Shown piece after piece: positions 22,967 through 34,242 of a DNA stretch of 64,000 bases (the first letter of the stretch is position 1; every line of letters begins with the position of its first letter). Source of the stretch: Thecamonas trahens ATCC 50062 (Eukaryota > Protista > Apusomonadida); NCBI RefSeq assembly GCF_000142905.1, contig NW_013657650.1, positions 193,388-257,387 of the forward strand, read 5' to 3'. A model generated the notes under the pieces. The model saw only the letters and a program-made list of their open reading frames with translations, had not been told where the DNA came from and ran no database searches. A program made the translations under genes and the position numbers.

Positions 22967-24896
22967 TCACGGCAGGATTTCGTCGAGAATGGCGTCCATT
23001 TCGGCCGTCAGCGTCTCCGGGTCGAGCTCCGCAACAGGCTTGGGTGGAATGGGCGGCGGCGCGGCCGGCGCAGGTGCTTGCGGCCGCTGAGCTGTGCTCG
23101 ATACCGGGGGGGCGGCCGTCCGATCTAGCAGTGCCCGGACAGCCAAAAGTTCGCCCTTGATGTGTGCAGATGATGAAAAGGCGTCGAGCGAGGTCATCGA
23201 GTGGCGGACGCTCGGCGCGAGCGGCGGTGGCGCCGAGAGCACTAGCGATGGGCGCGGCGGAATTGGCGGCGGGACCGGGGAAGAATCGGCCGGTGGCGTG
23301 GCTGGCGACGGCGGAGGCGGCGTAAGCGATGACGACGACGAGAGAGCGCGCGGTGAGAGACTCGCTTGCTCTTCGATGCTAGCGAGCTCTGGTGTCGGCG
23401 AAGTTGAGCGCGACGACGGAGTCGAGCTCGGCGCCGACGAGACAGCCGAACTTGGCGCCGAGGCCTGGGCCTGGGCCACCGCAGCCTTGAGCATGCCGAG
23501 ATCTAGGGCAATGGACGTGGCGCGCTTCTTGACGCGGGTCGACGACTTTGCAATGGCGTCGATAGTGTCAAAGGCCCCTGCGTCAAAGACAACGTCGGCG
23601 GTGTTTGGCGGCGCCGTGTTGAGGCTCGGCAGGTGTGCTATGTCCGGCAGCTCTGGGCGCGGATCGAGCTGCTCAAGAATGTCGGCGTCGAGCTCCGCGA
23701 GCTCAGTCTCGCAGTCGCACAGTGCCGGGCCGGGCGGAGCGAGATAGGCCTCGAAGGAGCGGACGCGGCCGGTCTGCGAGATGGAAACCCAGTGGGTGAG
23801 GTCGCGCTCGGGGCGAGCAAGACAAGCCTTATCGGCAGCGCACGCCACATGATTGCCAGCATGCTCATAAAACGAGGAGAGGGTGGTGAGCAAGGCGACG
23901 GTGTACTTGCGGATGCCGTCGCGGGCGTCGACCTCAGCGGCGTTGATCTTGGAGACGACATACGCCTTTGCGCGGTAGTACTGCTCGGTGCGGATCTGCA
24001 TGTCGAGCAGGCTCTGAGTGTAAGCAAGCTCGGCTTTGCGCGCGGCGGCCACGGTGGCGCTCGCCTTTTTCTTGGCCTTCTTGGCCGCCTTGTCGTTCTC
24101 CGACTCTAGAGCAATCTTGAGCGCCTCGAGCGCGGCGGCAACGGCGGCGGTGTCCTTGTGAAAGGCCTCGCGTTTCTTGCGGACGTCAGCAATGGCCTTG
24201 GCGTGTGCCTTGTCGAACTTGGCCCCGGCCTTGTCAGCAGCGCGGAGCTCATACTTGGCCACCTCGCACAGGTCGTTCAGCTCGCCGGCAACGTCGCACT
24301 CGAGCTTGTCGGCATAGACCAGAATCTTCTCGGCCATGCGGTCCCACTCCCTGCGGACCTCGCGCCACGCGCTCGAGCTGGTCTCGCCCAACGAATCGAG
24401 GGCAGTAAGGACCGGTGGGCACTTGGTCAGTGAGCGTCCGTACTTGCTCTGCGCAGCGGCGGCGGCCTTTGCAAAGGTAGCCAGCTCCTCTACCACGTGC
24501 TGTCCATTGCTCCGCCATGACACAGGGCAACGCACATGAGTCACGACATCCTCGCCTGTCGCCTCCCTCGCCCGCCCCTCTCCCCTGTCCTCTCGTCTCC
24601 TCCCCACTCCAACAGTGTCTGCCCTCGCACGATACGTACAATGGTGGTCTGTAGCCGGTCACGGACGACCTCAAAGCCCTCGCCCTCCTGTCGGTCGTTG
24701 CGTCGGTTGTGTGAGTTTTGCGGGTGTTCGGGATCCCACGTGGGAAGCGCACGCAAGGCACGACCCGGCTTGAAGGCCAAGTGCACATGCTCGCAGGTGG
24801 GAGGGGGAGGATGGCAGGACGTACAACAAACACGTTTTGGTACAACTCTCGGGGCGAAGGCTGCGCCTTGCCTTTGGTCATTCTCGCGGCGGCCAT
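22967..24896 (-). CDS. F-BAR (FCH) domain protein with a Pro/Ser-rich tail; exons 24896-24825, 24687-24640 and 24499-22967
   Basis: Two phase-0 GTACGT...CAG introns give YQNVFVEGEGFEVVRDRLQTTIHVVEELATFAKAAAAAQSKYGRSLTK...SSAWREVRREWDRMAE, an FCH/F-BAR pattern. PPPIPPRP/PPPIPPKP are SH3-ligand motifs. Confidence 0.75.
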
Positions 24897-25565
24897 GGCG
24901 AGAGAGTGTGCCGGCTACCGTGTCGACTGGAGACGAAAGGTGCTAGGCTTTCAATAAAATTATGAATTGTTGAGTGGCCGGGGGGGGGGGGGGGGGGCGG
25001 GGCGGGTTGTGTGTGTGTGGTTGGGGGGGGGAGGGGCGGGGAAAAAAAGTATTGGGACACCCCCCACGCCACCGCTTTAGCGGCCGTTGGCGTGATGGCC
25101 ATCGCTTGCATGGGCAAGCTGGAAAAAGGGGCCGAGAAGTGTAGCATTAAATAGTGTACGGATTTTGCATACACGTCATGTGTGTGTACCTGGCAGTCAT
25201 GTGAACTTTGCGCCACGATGCGAGCCGGAGACGCCACCGGCGTGCGGTTGCGTCACGCCGTGACCAACGCACGCAATGCAGCGGGAAGAACACGTCCGTA
25301 TGCAGAACGATAGAGCTCGGTATAAGAGCTGCGAGCACCGTGTTGCGGACACCATTGTTACAGCTCAGCCAGGAATGTGCAAAGAGTCGAGCTTACATGC
25401 GCCACGTGGCAGGGCGCGGCATGGGGCGTGTGGACAAACTCGAGGCGCGACTGTCCTGCACGGTTGCACGAGTCGGAATTTTTGGGACAAACTGCCGCAA
25501 AGCAGTGGCGGCTTCCACAGCGGGATGCTGCAAGCGCGGCGCACACGTCTTTGTCCACAAGCAAT

Positions 25566-27458
25566 ATGTCGTACTCTACAGACTCGACGTCGTCGGACTG
25601 GGCGCACTCGCTCGTTCTCACGCCGTCGATGAGCACTGGGCCTGAGCTGGAGATGGGCCACTCGCTGCCGGTCTCGTGCAGCGCGTCGGAGCGCGACGAG
25701 CAGACGCATCCTGCAACGTCGCAAAGCGCCGGTGGAGGCGAGAACGGAGAGCGAAAGGTGACTGCGCTGCCGCGGGCGGGGCTTCTGGTCATTTCCATTG
25801 TGGTCCTCTCCGAGGCGTTCTCGATCTCGATGATCTACCCGTTCTTGGCGCGGATGGTGACCTCGTTTGGCGTGGCAGAGAGCCAAGCGCAGATTGCGTT
25901 TTACTCGGGCATTCTTGCGGCGTCGTTCAATCTCTCGCAGTTTGCATCTGCGTTTTTCTGGGGCCGCATGTCGGACGCCCGCGGACGGCGGACGGTGCTC
26001 CTCATCGGGCTTGCCGCGAACACGGTGACGATCCTGCTGTTTGGCCTGGCCAAGACGTTCTGGTGGGCGGTGGTGGCGCGCGTGTTCAACGGGCTGGCTA
26101 ACGGCAATGTGGGTGTGGCCAAGTCGTACCTCCGCGAGATCTCAGACGAGACGAATGCAACCAAGGCGTACTCGCTTGTCGGCCTGGTGTGGGGCGTGGG
26201 GATGGTGATCGGGCCGGCATTCGGCGGCATGCTGGCCAACTTTGACGAGACCGTGCCGGCCGTCGGCGGGCGCGGCTCGCCTATTTCCGAGTGGCCGTAC
26301 CTGCTGCCGTGCATCGTGTCAGCAGTGCTCAACGTGGTCGGCTTTGCCATTGGATGGAAGCATCTGATGACCACAGCACAGCTGCGAGCGCACCAGGCAT
26401 CGGCGGCGGTGGTGGTGACGGTAGAGACGCCAAGCGCGAGCAGCAGCGCGAACTCGTTGCTCACGTCCACCAGCACATCAACGTCCGGGATGACGGCCGA
26501 GGAAGAGCAGGAGGAGGTCGATGCAGCAGGCGTGGCGCTTCTCTCAGTCCAGGCGCTGGATCTGGACACGGTGCCTCTGGTCGAGCTGGCGGAGGAGAAA
26601 AAGACAGGCAGAGGGGCGCGCGACGAGGAGGCCGCAGGCGGCGAGGAGCGGCCGGAGCCGTTCCGGGTTGTGGCGCGACGGCTTGCTGGCAACGGCAACC
26701 TCATTCTGACCGTATGTGTGTATGCCATCCTCTCGTTTGCGGATATGCTGTACGACGAGACGTTCTCGATCTGGGCTGTGCTCAACCCGAGTGAGGCCGG
26801 CGGCGCCGGGTACGGGTTCACGCAGATGGAGCTTGCCGTAGTGTTTATGGCGGCCGGGACGACGATTGTGGTTGCACAAGGCATCCTCATGCCCAAGGCC
26901 ATTGCGCGGTTCGGGGTGCTCGCCTCGATCCGGGCGTGCCTGTTCGGGACGGCGCCGCTTCTGGTGGCGTACCCGCTTCTGGGGCGGCTCCCGCCGGTCA
27001 TTTTCTGGGCTCTACTCCTGCTTGTGGCGCTTGTGCGCGCGACGCTTGTCTCGTCGGCTTTTACCGCCATCATCGTCATGACCAACTCGTCCGTGGTGCC
27101 GGCCGAGCTGGGCGTGGCCAACGGTATCGCCCAGTCGGGCGCGTCGCTCTCGCGGACGTGCGGTCCGTTTGTCGGCGGCGTCCTCCTTATGTGGTCGCTT
27201 TCGGGCCCCAAGCCATGGCCCATCAACCATCACTTGGTCTTTGTTCTCGGTTCCCTCCTTCACCTTGCCGCCGGCATCCTCACCCTCTACATCACGCCTG
27301 CCATCAACACGCCGATCACCGAGGTTGCCACCACTGCTGCCGGCGTCATCACTGATGCCGGCAGCCGGAAGAAGGGCACCCTGCGCCGCCGCTGGCTCTG
27401 GTGCGCCAGGCCGCGTCGCCAGGCGCATGCCTACCGTACCATCGATGGCCAGCAATGA
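25566..27458 (+). CDS. Major facilitator superfamily transporter (ZIFL/TetA-like drug:H+ antiporter group)
   Basis: Motif A WGRMSDARGRRTVLL, ARVFNGLANGNVGVAKSYLREI, GPAFGG and about 12 TM segments. Confidence 0.92.
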   Translation: MSYSTDSTSSDWAHSLVLTPSMSTGPELEMGHSLPVSCSASERDEQTHPATSQSAGGGENGERKVTALPRAGLLVISIVVLSEAFSISMIYPFLARMVTSFGVAESQAQIAFYSGILAASFNLSQFASAFFWGRMSDARGRRTVLLIGLAANTVTILLFGLAKTFWWAVVARVFNGLANGNVGVAKSYLREISDETNATKAYSLVGLVWGVGMVIGPAFGGMLANFDETVPAVGGRGSPISEWPYLLPCIVSAVLNVVGFAIGWKHLMTTAQLRAHQASAAVVVTVETPSASSSANSLLTSTSTSTSGMTAEEEQEEVDAAGVALLSVQALDLDTVPLVELAEEKKTGRGARDEEAAGGEERPEPFRVVARRLAGNGNLILTVCVYAILSFADMLYDETFSIWAVLNPSEAGGAGYGFTQMELAVVFMAAGTTIVVAQGILMPKAIARFGVLASIRACLFGTAPLLVAYPLLGRLPPVIFWALLLLVALVRATLVSSAFTAIIVMTNSSVVPAELGVANGIAQSGASLSRTCGPFVGGVLLMWSLSGPKPWPINHHLVFVLGSLLHLAAGILTLYITPAINTPITEVATTAAGVITDAGSRKKGTLRRRWLWCARPRRQAHAYRTIDGQQ

Positions 27459-27948
27459 ACGCATATAGGCCCCGATGATGAGTCATGTCGAGTCGAGTTG
27501 AGTTGGGACGGACGAACGCGACACGGAGCGCACATGTGGGAGACAAGAGGGCGAGGGGGAGGGGGGGGGGGAGGGGACGACACGACCGACCGTNNNNNNN
27601 NNNNNNNNNNNNNNNNNNNNNNNNNNNNNNNNNNNNNNNNNNNNNNNNNNNNNNNNNNNNNNNNNNNNNNNNNNNNNNNNNNNNNNNNNNNNNNNNNNNN
27701 NNNNNNNNNNNGGAAGCCGGGGCGCCCATGGAAGTAGAAGCCCAATCTCGTATCGGCGACTCGCCCGCGTGGCGCAGGGGGGGGGGGGGTACGTGGAGGG
27801 GCGGCGGTGACTCATGGTGACAGACATGACGGACATGGAATGACTGCGACTGGGTACGACTGGGGCTGGAACGATGCCGGCGCAATCGATGTGTGATGTG
27901 GGACAGAGTACACGGCGCCGCGCCGACCGCCGTCGTCGTGGGACGCAG

Positions 27949-29314
27949 ATCGCCTGGCGGAGCACATGGCGCATCTGGTGACGTTCCCTACGGTCTCGCG
28001 CAAGGTCGGCGAGGTGCCGGAAAAGAGTTCGCTCGACGCTATGCACGCTTATCTGCGGACAACCTTTCCGCGCGTCCACGAAGCGCTCGAGCGGTGGGAG
28101 ATCGGGGACTCGGGCTCGGTCGTCTTTGTGTGGCGCGGCTCGGATGCCAAGCTCGCGCCGTACGTGCTCGCTGCGCATCTCGACGTCGTGCCTGCGGACG
28201 AGCCGGAGGAGTGGTCGCAGCCGCCGTTTTCGGCGCTGTGACCCAGGACGGGTTTGTCTACGGCCGCGGAACCATGGACAACAAGGTGAACGTGATTGGG
28301 CAGCTCGAGGCCGTCGAGGCGCTGCTTGCCGAGGGCTTTGTGCCGCAGCGGACGATGTACCTCGCCTACGGCGCGGACGAGGAGGTGTCGGGCACACGCG
28401 GAGCGGCGACCATCGCCAAGGAGCTGCGTCGCGAGCTGGATGATGCCGGCCACGCCTCGATGCTTTACGTCTCGGACGAGGGTCTTGCTGTTGCGCACGG
28501 GCTCATTCCGGGCGTTCCGGTCGCCGCACTCATTGGCATCGCTGAAAAGGGCTTTGTCAACGTCCACATGCAGATTGATCTCGAGGGCGGGCATGCGTCG
28601 ATGCCGCGGCCTGGATCCAACGCCATCGGCGTCCTTTCGAAGGCCATCGTCGCCCTCGACTCGTCGCCGTTCCCCGGCAAGCTCACCTCGGTCTCGCGCG
28701 CCATGTTCGACACCCTCTGCCCTGAAATGCCGTTCGGCCTCCGCCTCCTCGCGTGCAACCTCGCGTTTACCGACTGGATCCTCGAGGCCATCCTCTTGCG
28801 CAACTCGCCGGCGACGGCGGCGCAGCTGCGGACGACCACCTCGGTCAACATAGTCGACGGCGGTGTCAAGGCCAACGTGGTGGCGCCATCGGCGCACGCC
28901 GTCGTCAACCACCGCATCGCGCTCGCCGACTCGGTCGCCTCGGTCCTCGCCCACGACGCCGAACTCATCAACGACGACCGCGTCCGCATCTGGGCCGAGG
29001 ATCCCTCGACCGAGCCGTCGCCGGTCTCCGACCCCGAGTCTGACGCGTACAGCCTCCTCGCCCGCGCTGCCCGCTCCGTCTTTCCGGACGCCGCCGTCGC
29101 GCCGGGCCTGCTCATGGCATCGACCGACACCAAGTGGTACCACGGCCTCTCGCCCAACATCTTCCGCTTCATGCCGCTCCGCGTCACCGCCCTCGACCTG
29201 CCGCGCATCCACGGCGTCAACGAGCGCATCTCCATCGACGGCCTCCGCGAGGCTGTCTCTTACTACGACGAGCTCATCCGCGTCACCGACGCCTACACCG
29301 GCGACGCGCCCTAG
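27949..29314 (+). CDS. M20 metallopeptidase (carboxypeptidase S / PM20D1-like); frameshift near 28232; 5' exon probably upstream or in the gap
   Basis: AHLDVVP, W..PPFS/GA...GFVYGRGTMDNK, DEEVSG, DEG, GGHASMP, TDTKWY and IHGVNE. Confidence 0.9.
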
Positions 29315-30312
29315 GACGGGCCCACAACCTCGAATACAGAAAGTACCTTGAGCGCCTGCGAGAGCATGTTCCGCATGTCACCCACATCGAGCACCCCGTC
29401 GCGGTTGGCGTCAGACACCTTCATCGCAATACGCAGGTCGTCGTCGGTGATCGGGCCGAGCTCGGCGCCGTAGACCTCGCCCAGGATCACCCGCAGCCGC
29501 CCCGGCGTGATGGCTGACGCCACTTCGTTGCCTAGCAGCAGGTCAAAAGCTTCAGCCACAGGATCAAACCCATTCGTGTCAATCAGCGCCTGCGCCTCAG
29601 GCGAGACCAGCAGCGCCTTGACAGCCTTGGCCTCCATCACCAGCGGCGCCAGATCGGCGACTGTTGCGTCCGGGTAAAACAGCTTGAGCTTGTTCAGCAG
29701 CGGTCCGCCCGGAAAGAGCCCGTTCTCCATCAGATCTGCCTCGACGGCCTTGTCGCTCACATACTCGTGCCCGTACACGTTGGCGTAGTTCTCGGCCCTG
29801 CTCGCGCCCACGCCCCAGAACGCCAGCGCCGCGTCGATGTCTGCCTCACGCATCTGCCATCCGCTGCTAGAGCCAGCACCGCCATCGCCAGTAGGGCCTT
29901 CATCGCCATCACCGGCTCGGACCGCTCGTCGCCGGCCGGCCGATGCCCCCCGCTCGCCGCGCCTGCTTGCGCTCCCGCTTCTCAGCGGAGATGACTGCGG
30001 CCGGCGCCAGCGCCGCCCACCAGCTGGCGATCCGCTCGCGGCTCGGCCTGCTCCGCCAGCGAGGCCGCCATTCCCGCTGCTTCCCATTCCACTGTTCCCA
30101 GCGGCGCCTCCGCTGGCTCCGGGCCCCCCGCAGAGCGCGGCAAAGCTCCGTCCCGCACCGCCAGCCTGTCGGTTGCTGCGGCTCGGCCAACCGCGCGGGG
30201 TGCGTGGCGACCGTGTCCGTGGGGTGCGTGGCGACCTGAAGCTTCGAGGCGTACGGGGCGTATGTGGTGTGGTCGGGGGCATGGGTGGGGGTGGGGATGA
30301 CGGGGTGGGCAT
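29311..30312 (-). CDS. Hypothetical protein with a (T/S)PR-rich N-terminus and a C-terminal EF-hand
   Basis: DANRDGVLDVGDM EF-hand loop, a preceding FDLL...ITPGRLRVILGEV helix pair and repeated TPR/SPR motifs. Confidence 0.6.
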   Translation of the reverse strand: MPTPSSPPPPMPPTTPHTPRTPRSFRSPRTPRTRSPRTPRGWPSRSNRQAGGAGRSFAALCGGPGASGGAAGNSGMGSSGNGGLAGGAGRAASGSPAGGRRWRRPQSSPLRSGSASRRGERGASAGRRRAVRAGDGDEGPTGDGGAGSSSGWQMREADIDAALAFWGVGASRAENYANVYGHEYVSDKAVEADLMENGLFPGGPLLNKLKLFYPDATVADLAPLVMEAKAVKALLVSPEAQALIDTNGFDPVAEAFDLLLGNEVASAITPGRLRVILGEVYGAELGPITDDDLRIAMKVSDANRDGVLDVGDMRNMLSQALKVLSVFEVVGPS

Positions 30313-30391
30313 GGTGAGGGCGGCGTCAGGTGGGTGGAAGAGGGGGGGTAGACGGCGACGTTCGGCGGTGGTTGCTGGCTGCGCAGCGGTT

Positions 30392-31321
30392 TTACTCGAT
30401 GTTGATGGCGAGAGGCGGCGGGACGGAGAAGAGGCGAGGGAGGCCGAGGCGGAGAACGACCGCCTCGGGCAGGGCGTAGACCGGGTCGATGAGGGTGAGG
30501 CCGCCGCAGCCGAGGAGGGCGAGGCCTGCGATACCGAAAAAGGTGTGGAAGACGTCGACCCAGTCGCCGGGACGGTCGGCAATGCCACCGGTCTCCCAGT
30601 CCTGGCAGGAGAGGATGTAGTCGCGGAGCTTGCCAGCATCCATCCAGTGGGTACGGTCGAGGATCGAGGTGGCGGAGAGGATCCACCACGAGTAGCAGAC
30701 GTCGGGCAGCTTTTCGGGGCGGCCATTAAGGCCGCCGATGGGCACCTGGCGCTCGGCGAGCCACCAACCCAGCAAGTCCTGATCGACGTGCGCCATGCCG
30801 CCGCCGATGGCGAGGGCGGCGACGCAGCAAAAGACTTGGCCGGCGTGCGACTCGGCGCCCGGGACGGCGCCAAAGCCGCCGTCAAAGTTCCTGCACGAGG
30901 CCACAAACGCAACAGCAGCGTCGACGTCGATGGCGTCCAGTCGCCCCAGGAGGGCGAGTGTGCAGAGCGCGCAGTACGAGAACCGGGTGTCCACCTCACC
31001 CCACTTGTCGCCCACAAACGAGCCGTCGGCCTGCTGCAGACTGGCCACGTACGCGGCGACGGCGTCGGCGTCGATGCGGTCCAGCTCGTCGTAAATGGCT
31101 GCAATCTGTACCGCCGACAGCGTGTACAACAGATGCACGTCGTGGCCGACGTTGCCCGCGTACCCGCCGATTTGAGCATCATAGCACTTGTCCACAAACT
31201 CCAGCAGTGGCGCCGACGGCAGCTGGTCCAGCGCATCGAGGCCGGCCAGGCCAGCCACGGCCCAGTACACGCCCGACATGCGGAGGTGTTCGGTGACCCA
31301 GTACTCGAACTCGTTGCGGTT
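30392..31321 (-). CDS. RABGGTB: Rab geranylgeranyltransferase (GGTase II) beta subunit; first exon not located (probably in the gap)
   Basis: [61 protein letters not shown] and DVFHTFFG. Confidence 0.95.
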   Translation of the reverse strand, partial: NRNEFEYWVTEHLRMSGVYWAVAGLAGLDALDQLPSAPLLEFVDKCYDAQIGGYAGNVGHDVHLLYTLSAVQIAAIYDELDRIDADAVAAYVASLQQADGSFVGDKWGEVDTRFSYCALCTLALLGRLDAIDVDAAVAFVASCRNFDGGFGAVPGAESHAGQVFCCVAALAIGGGMAHVDQDLLGWWLAERQVPIGGLNGRPEKLPDVCYSWWILSATSILDRTHWMDAGKLRDYILSCQDWETGGIADRPGDWVDVFHTFFGIAGLALLGCGGLTLIDPVYALPEAVVLRLGLPRLFSVPPPLAINIE

Positions 31322-31504
31322 CTGTGCCCCCCCCCCCCCCCCCAACCCACACACACACACCACACACACACGCGTGCGATCACCCACCCCACGATCACCC
31401 GCCCCGCCCCACGATCACACCCGCCCCACAATCACCCGCCCCATATCGAGGCGACGACGTAGCAGCCCATGACCCACCACCAGCCCACCAGGCACATACC
31501 CACG

Positions 31505-31563
31505 TACACACACACACACACATACACACACACACACACATACACACACACACACACACACAC
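31505..31563. repeat. (CA)n microsatellite
   Basis: Direct dinucleotide run next to the gap. Confidence 0.9.
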
Positions 31564-31840
31564 GCCGTAANNNNNNNNNNNNNNNNNNNNNNNNNNNNNN
31601 NNNNNNNNNNNNNNNNNNNNNNNNNNNNNNNNNNNNNNNNNNNNNNNNNNNNNNNNNNNNNNNNNNNNNNGCCCCGTCCTTCTCCTCCCCTCCACCCTTC
31701 GCCCCCTCTTCCCCACCCACCGCCTTCCCACTACCCCCCCCCCCCCCCCTTCCCCGGGATCCTCCACAATTTCATCCTTTTTCTGCGCCACCGCCCCCCT
31801 CTCGCCCCGCCCATCCTCACCCGCCCACACACATATGCGC

Positions 31841-33024
31841 ATGCAGACTCTGTACACGTACCCGAACAACTCGCGCGCATTCAAGGCTCTCGTGGCTGCG
31901 CAGTACGGTGGCGTGGAGGTCGAGGTTCCGGCTGACTTGCCTTTGGCGTCGACAACAAGACCGACGAGTTCCTCGCCCTCAACCCGCTCGGTAAGGTCCC
32001 GACACTCAAGACGCCCGAGGGTGGCATCTTCGAGTCGTCGGCCATCGCGGCTTACGTCGCCCGCGCCGGTTCGGCCGCCGAGCAGCTGCTCGGCGCCACT
32101 GTCTACGAGTCGTCGCTCATTGACTCGTGGATCCAGTACGCCGCCAACGAGATCGACATGCCGCGCGCTGCCTGGCTCTACCCGCTCCTCGGCTACCTCC
32201 CGTACTCCAAGGCCGGTACCAAGCAGGCTAAGGGCGACATCAAGAAGGTCCTCGGCGTTCTCAACGCTCACCTCGAGTCGCGCACTTACCTCGTCGGCAA
32301 TGCCGTCTCGCTCGCCGACATCATCGTCGCCTGCACCCTCCTCGACCTCTACAAGATGGTCCTCGAGCCGCAGTTCCGTGCTCCGTTTGAGCACACCAAC
32401 CGCTGGTTCACCGCCGTCGTGACGCAGCCCGAGTTTGTCGCCGCCGCCGGCGAGACCACCCTCTGCGAGAAGATGGCCCAGTACGACGCCAACAAGATGA
32501 AGAAGGCCAAGGAGGCGTCCAAGGCCGCCGCCAAGGGCAAGCAGGAGGACGCCTTTGCCTCGCTCCCGCCGTCCTCGTTCGACCTCGCCGCCTTTAAGCG
32601 CGAGTACTCGAACAAGGACGCCCGCGCCGACGCCATCCCCTACCTCTGGTCCAACTTTGACAACGACGGCTACTCGTTCTGGTTCTGCGAGTACAAGTAC
32701 AACTCGGACCTGACCCTTGCCTTCAAGGCCTCCAACATTGTCGGCCGCTTCATGCAGCGCCTGCCGAACCTCCACGACCACGGCTTTGCCTCCATGCTCA
32801 TCACTGGCTCGGACGGCAACCTCGAGATCTCGGGCGTCTGGCTCGTCCGCGGCAAGGAGCTCCCGCAGCACATGCTCGACAACGGCGACTTTAACCACTA
32901 CACCTTTACCCCGCTCGATGTCTCCAACGACGAGCACAAGACCAAGATCGAGGACTACCTCGCTTGGGACGGCGCCTCGTTCGAGGCCAAGGGCGACGTC
33001 GTCGAGGGCAAGGTCTACAAGTAA
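31841..33024 (+). CDS. EEF1G: Translation elongation factor eEF1B-gamma (GST-like N-terminal domain plus C-terminal domain); frameshift near 31938
   Basis: TLYTYPNNSRAFKAL, then in the shifted frame NKTDEFLALNPLGKVPTL, FESSAIAAYV, FKREYSN, YSFWFCEYKY and GKVYK. Confidence 0.95.
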
Positions 33025-33138
33025 GGCTTTCGCCGACCCGCCTGTACTCGTTCGAGCTCTTTCTCCCGCCTCCCATCGATCTGCTCTTCCCCTTCCTCCG
33101 TCACAATGAACTCCGCATGCAATGAACTCGCTCCTTCG

Positions 33139-34017
33139 TCACAGCAAGTGCGCAAACGCCGGCGCCGCCCGCGTCGACGGCAGTCGCTCCTCCGCCGGCA
33201 CGTACACAAACTCGGCGTCATCGAGCTCGACCTCGGCCGACCGCTTCCACACGCTCAGCACGTCGTTCGACGTCGGCCATGACGGAAGCTCGAGCGCAAG
33301 GACCTGGTGGAAGTGCTCCGCGAGCATGATCTGGAACTCGGGGTGCGTGGTCCGGCCCCACGGGCCCGGCCGGGTCACCCCGCGTCCGTCCGCCATCAGC
33401 TCGCCCACATGCACCACGTACTCGCCACGGAACGCCTGCAGCGCAGAGACAGACATGGCACTCTCGGCGTTGATCTCGCCGTCGTCGGCATCCTCGCCGT
33501 CGTCCGGGTAGCACAGCATGAGCACCGCATTGTCCTCCGCCTCCAGCGCCACCATCATCTCGTCCTGCGACGCCACGCCCTGGACCTTGTACCACACCTT
33601 GCGCTCGCCCTCGTCATCATCGTCGTCCTCGCGCGCCACGTCGTACGCCGCGACCTCAACGCCACGCGCCGCAATGAGCGACGCCCAGTACCCGTTACCG
33701 GCGCCGATCTCCACCACCCGCGATGCGCCGGCGAGGCCGACCAGCCCGGTCACTACGTCGATGGCGGCCTTGGTCGGCACTGCCCACGCAAACCGCTCAA
33801 TCCAACCTAGATCAAGCATCTCCACCAGCTCCTCCCGCCGCGCCTCCGCCGTTCCCGGCGCCAGTAGGCCGGCCATGTCCTCGGGAAACGTCGCTTGCAT
33901 CCGCTCAAAGAGCTCGTGGTAGAGGTACTCGCCCTCGCCGTCCTCGCCGCCTGCCACCCGCGCAGCTTTGCTCGCCCGCCTCGACTCGCCCGCAACCTCC
34001 AGCTCGCGCTTGCTCAT
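33139..34017 (-). CDS. Class I SAM-dependent methyltransferase-like protein of unknown substrate
   Basis: FAWAVPT, motif I VVEIGAGNGYWA, AAYD, LMLCYP and VHVGE. Confidence 0.8.
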   Translation of the reverse strand: MSKRELEVAGESRRASKAARVAGGEDGEGEYLYHELFERMQATFPEDMAGLLAPGTAEARREELVEMLDLGWIERFAWAVPTKAAIDVVTGLVGLAGASRVVEIGAGNGYWASLIAARGVEVAAYDVAREDDDDDEGERKVWYKVQGVASQDEMMVALEAEDNAVLMLCYPDDGEDADDGEINAESAMSVSALQAFRGEYVVHVGELMADGRGVTRPGPWGRTTHPEFQIMLAEHFHQVLALELPSWPTSNDVLSVWKRSAEVELDDAEFVYVPAEERLPSTRAAPAFAHLL

Positions 34018-34242
34018 GCCTACCAACAAGGTCTGTCAGAAGAGTGTGTTGAGCTTTCACCCCCCCCCCCCCCCCCGTCCCCTGCCCCTGCTCCCCCTGC
34101 CCCCGTTCCTTGACCCGCCTCCCTCCCCTTGCACCGGGCCACGGGCAAGGATTGATGGATTGAAGGACGGCCACGGCTGGTGATCGGGACGGACACGTGC
34201 GGCGCTGCGAACGTATTAATCATCATACACACGGTAAGACAG

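Noticed and set aside
29311-31431. 706-aa ORF suggesting a fusion of RABGGTB with the EF-hand protein
   Set aside because: Its N-terminal half is an off-frame reading of RABGGTB, which has its own stop at 30392. The EF-hand gene likely starts near 30312.
27893-33024. Calling the frameshifted M20 peptidase and eEF1B-gamma genes pseudogenes
   Set aside because: Each has a single lesion at a homopolymer with otherwise intact conserved sequence, so sequencing error is more likely.
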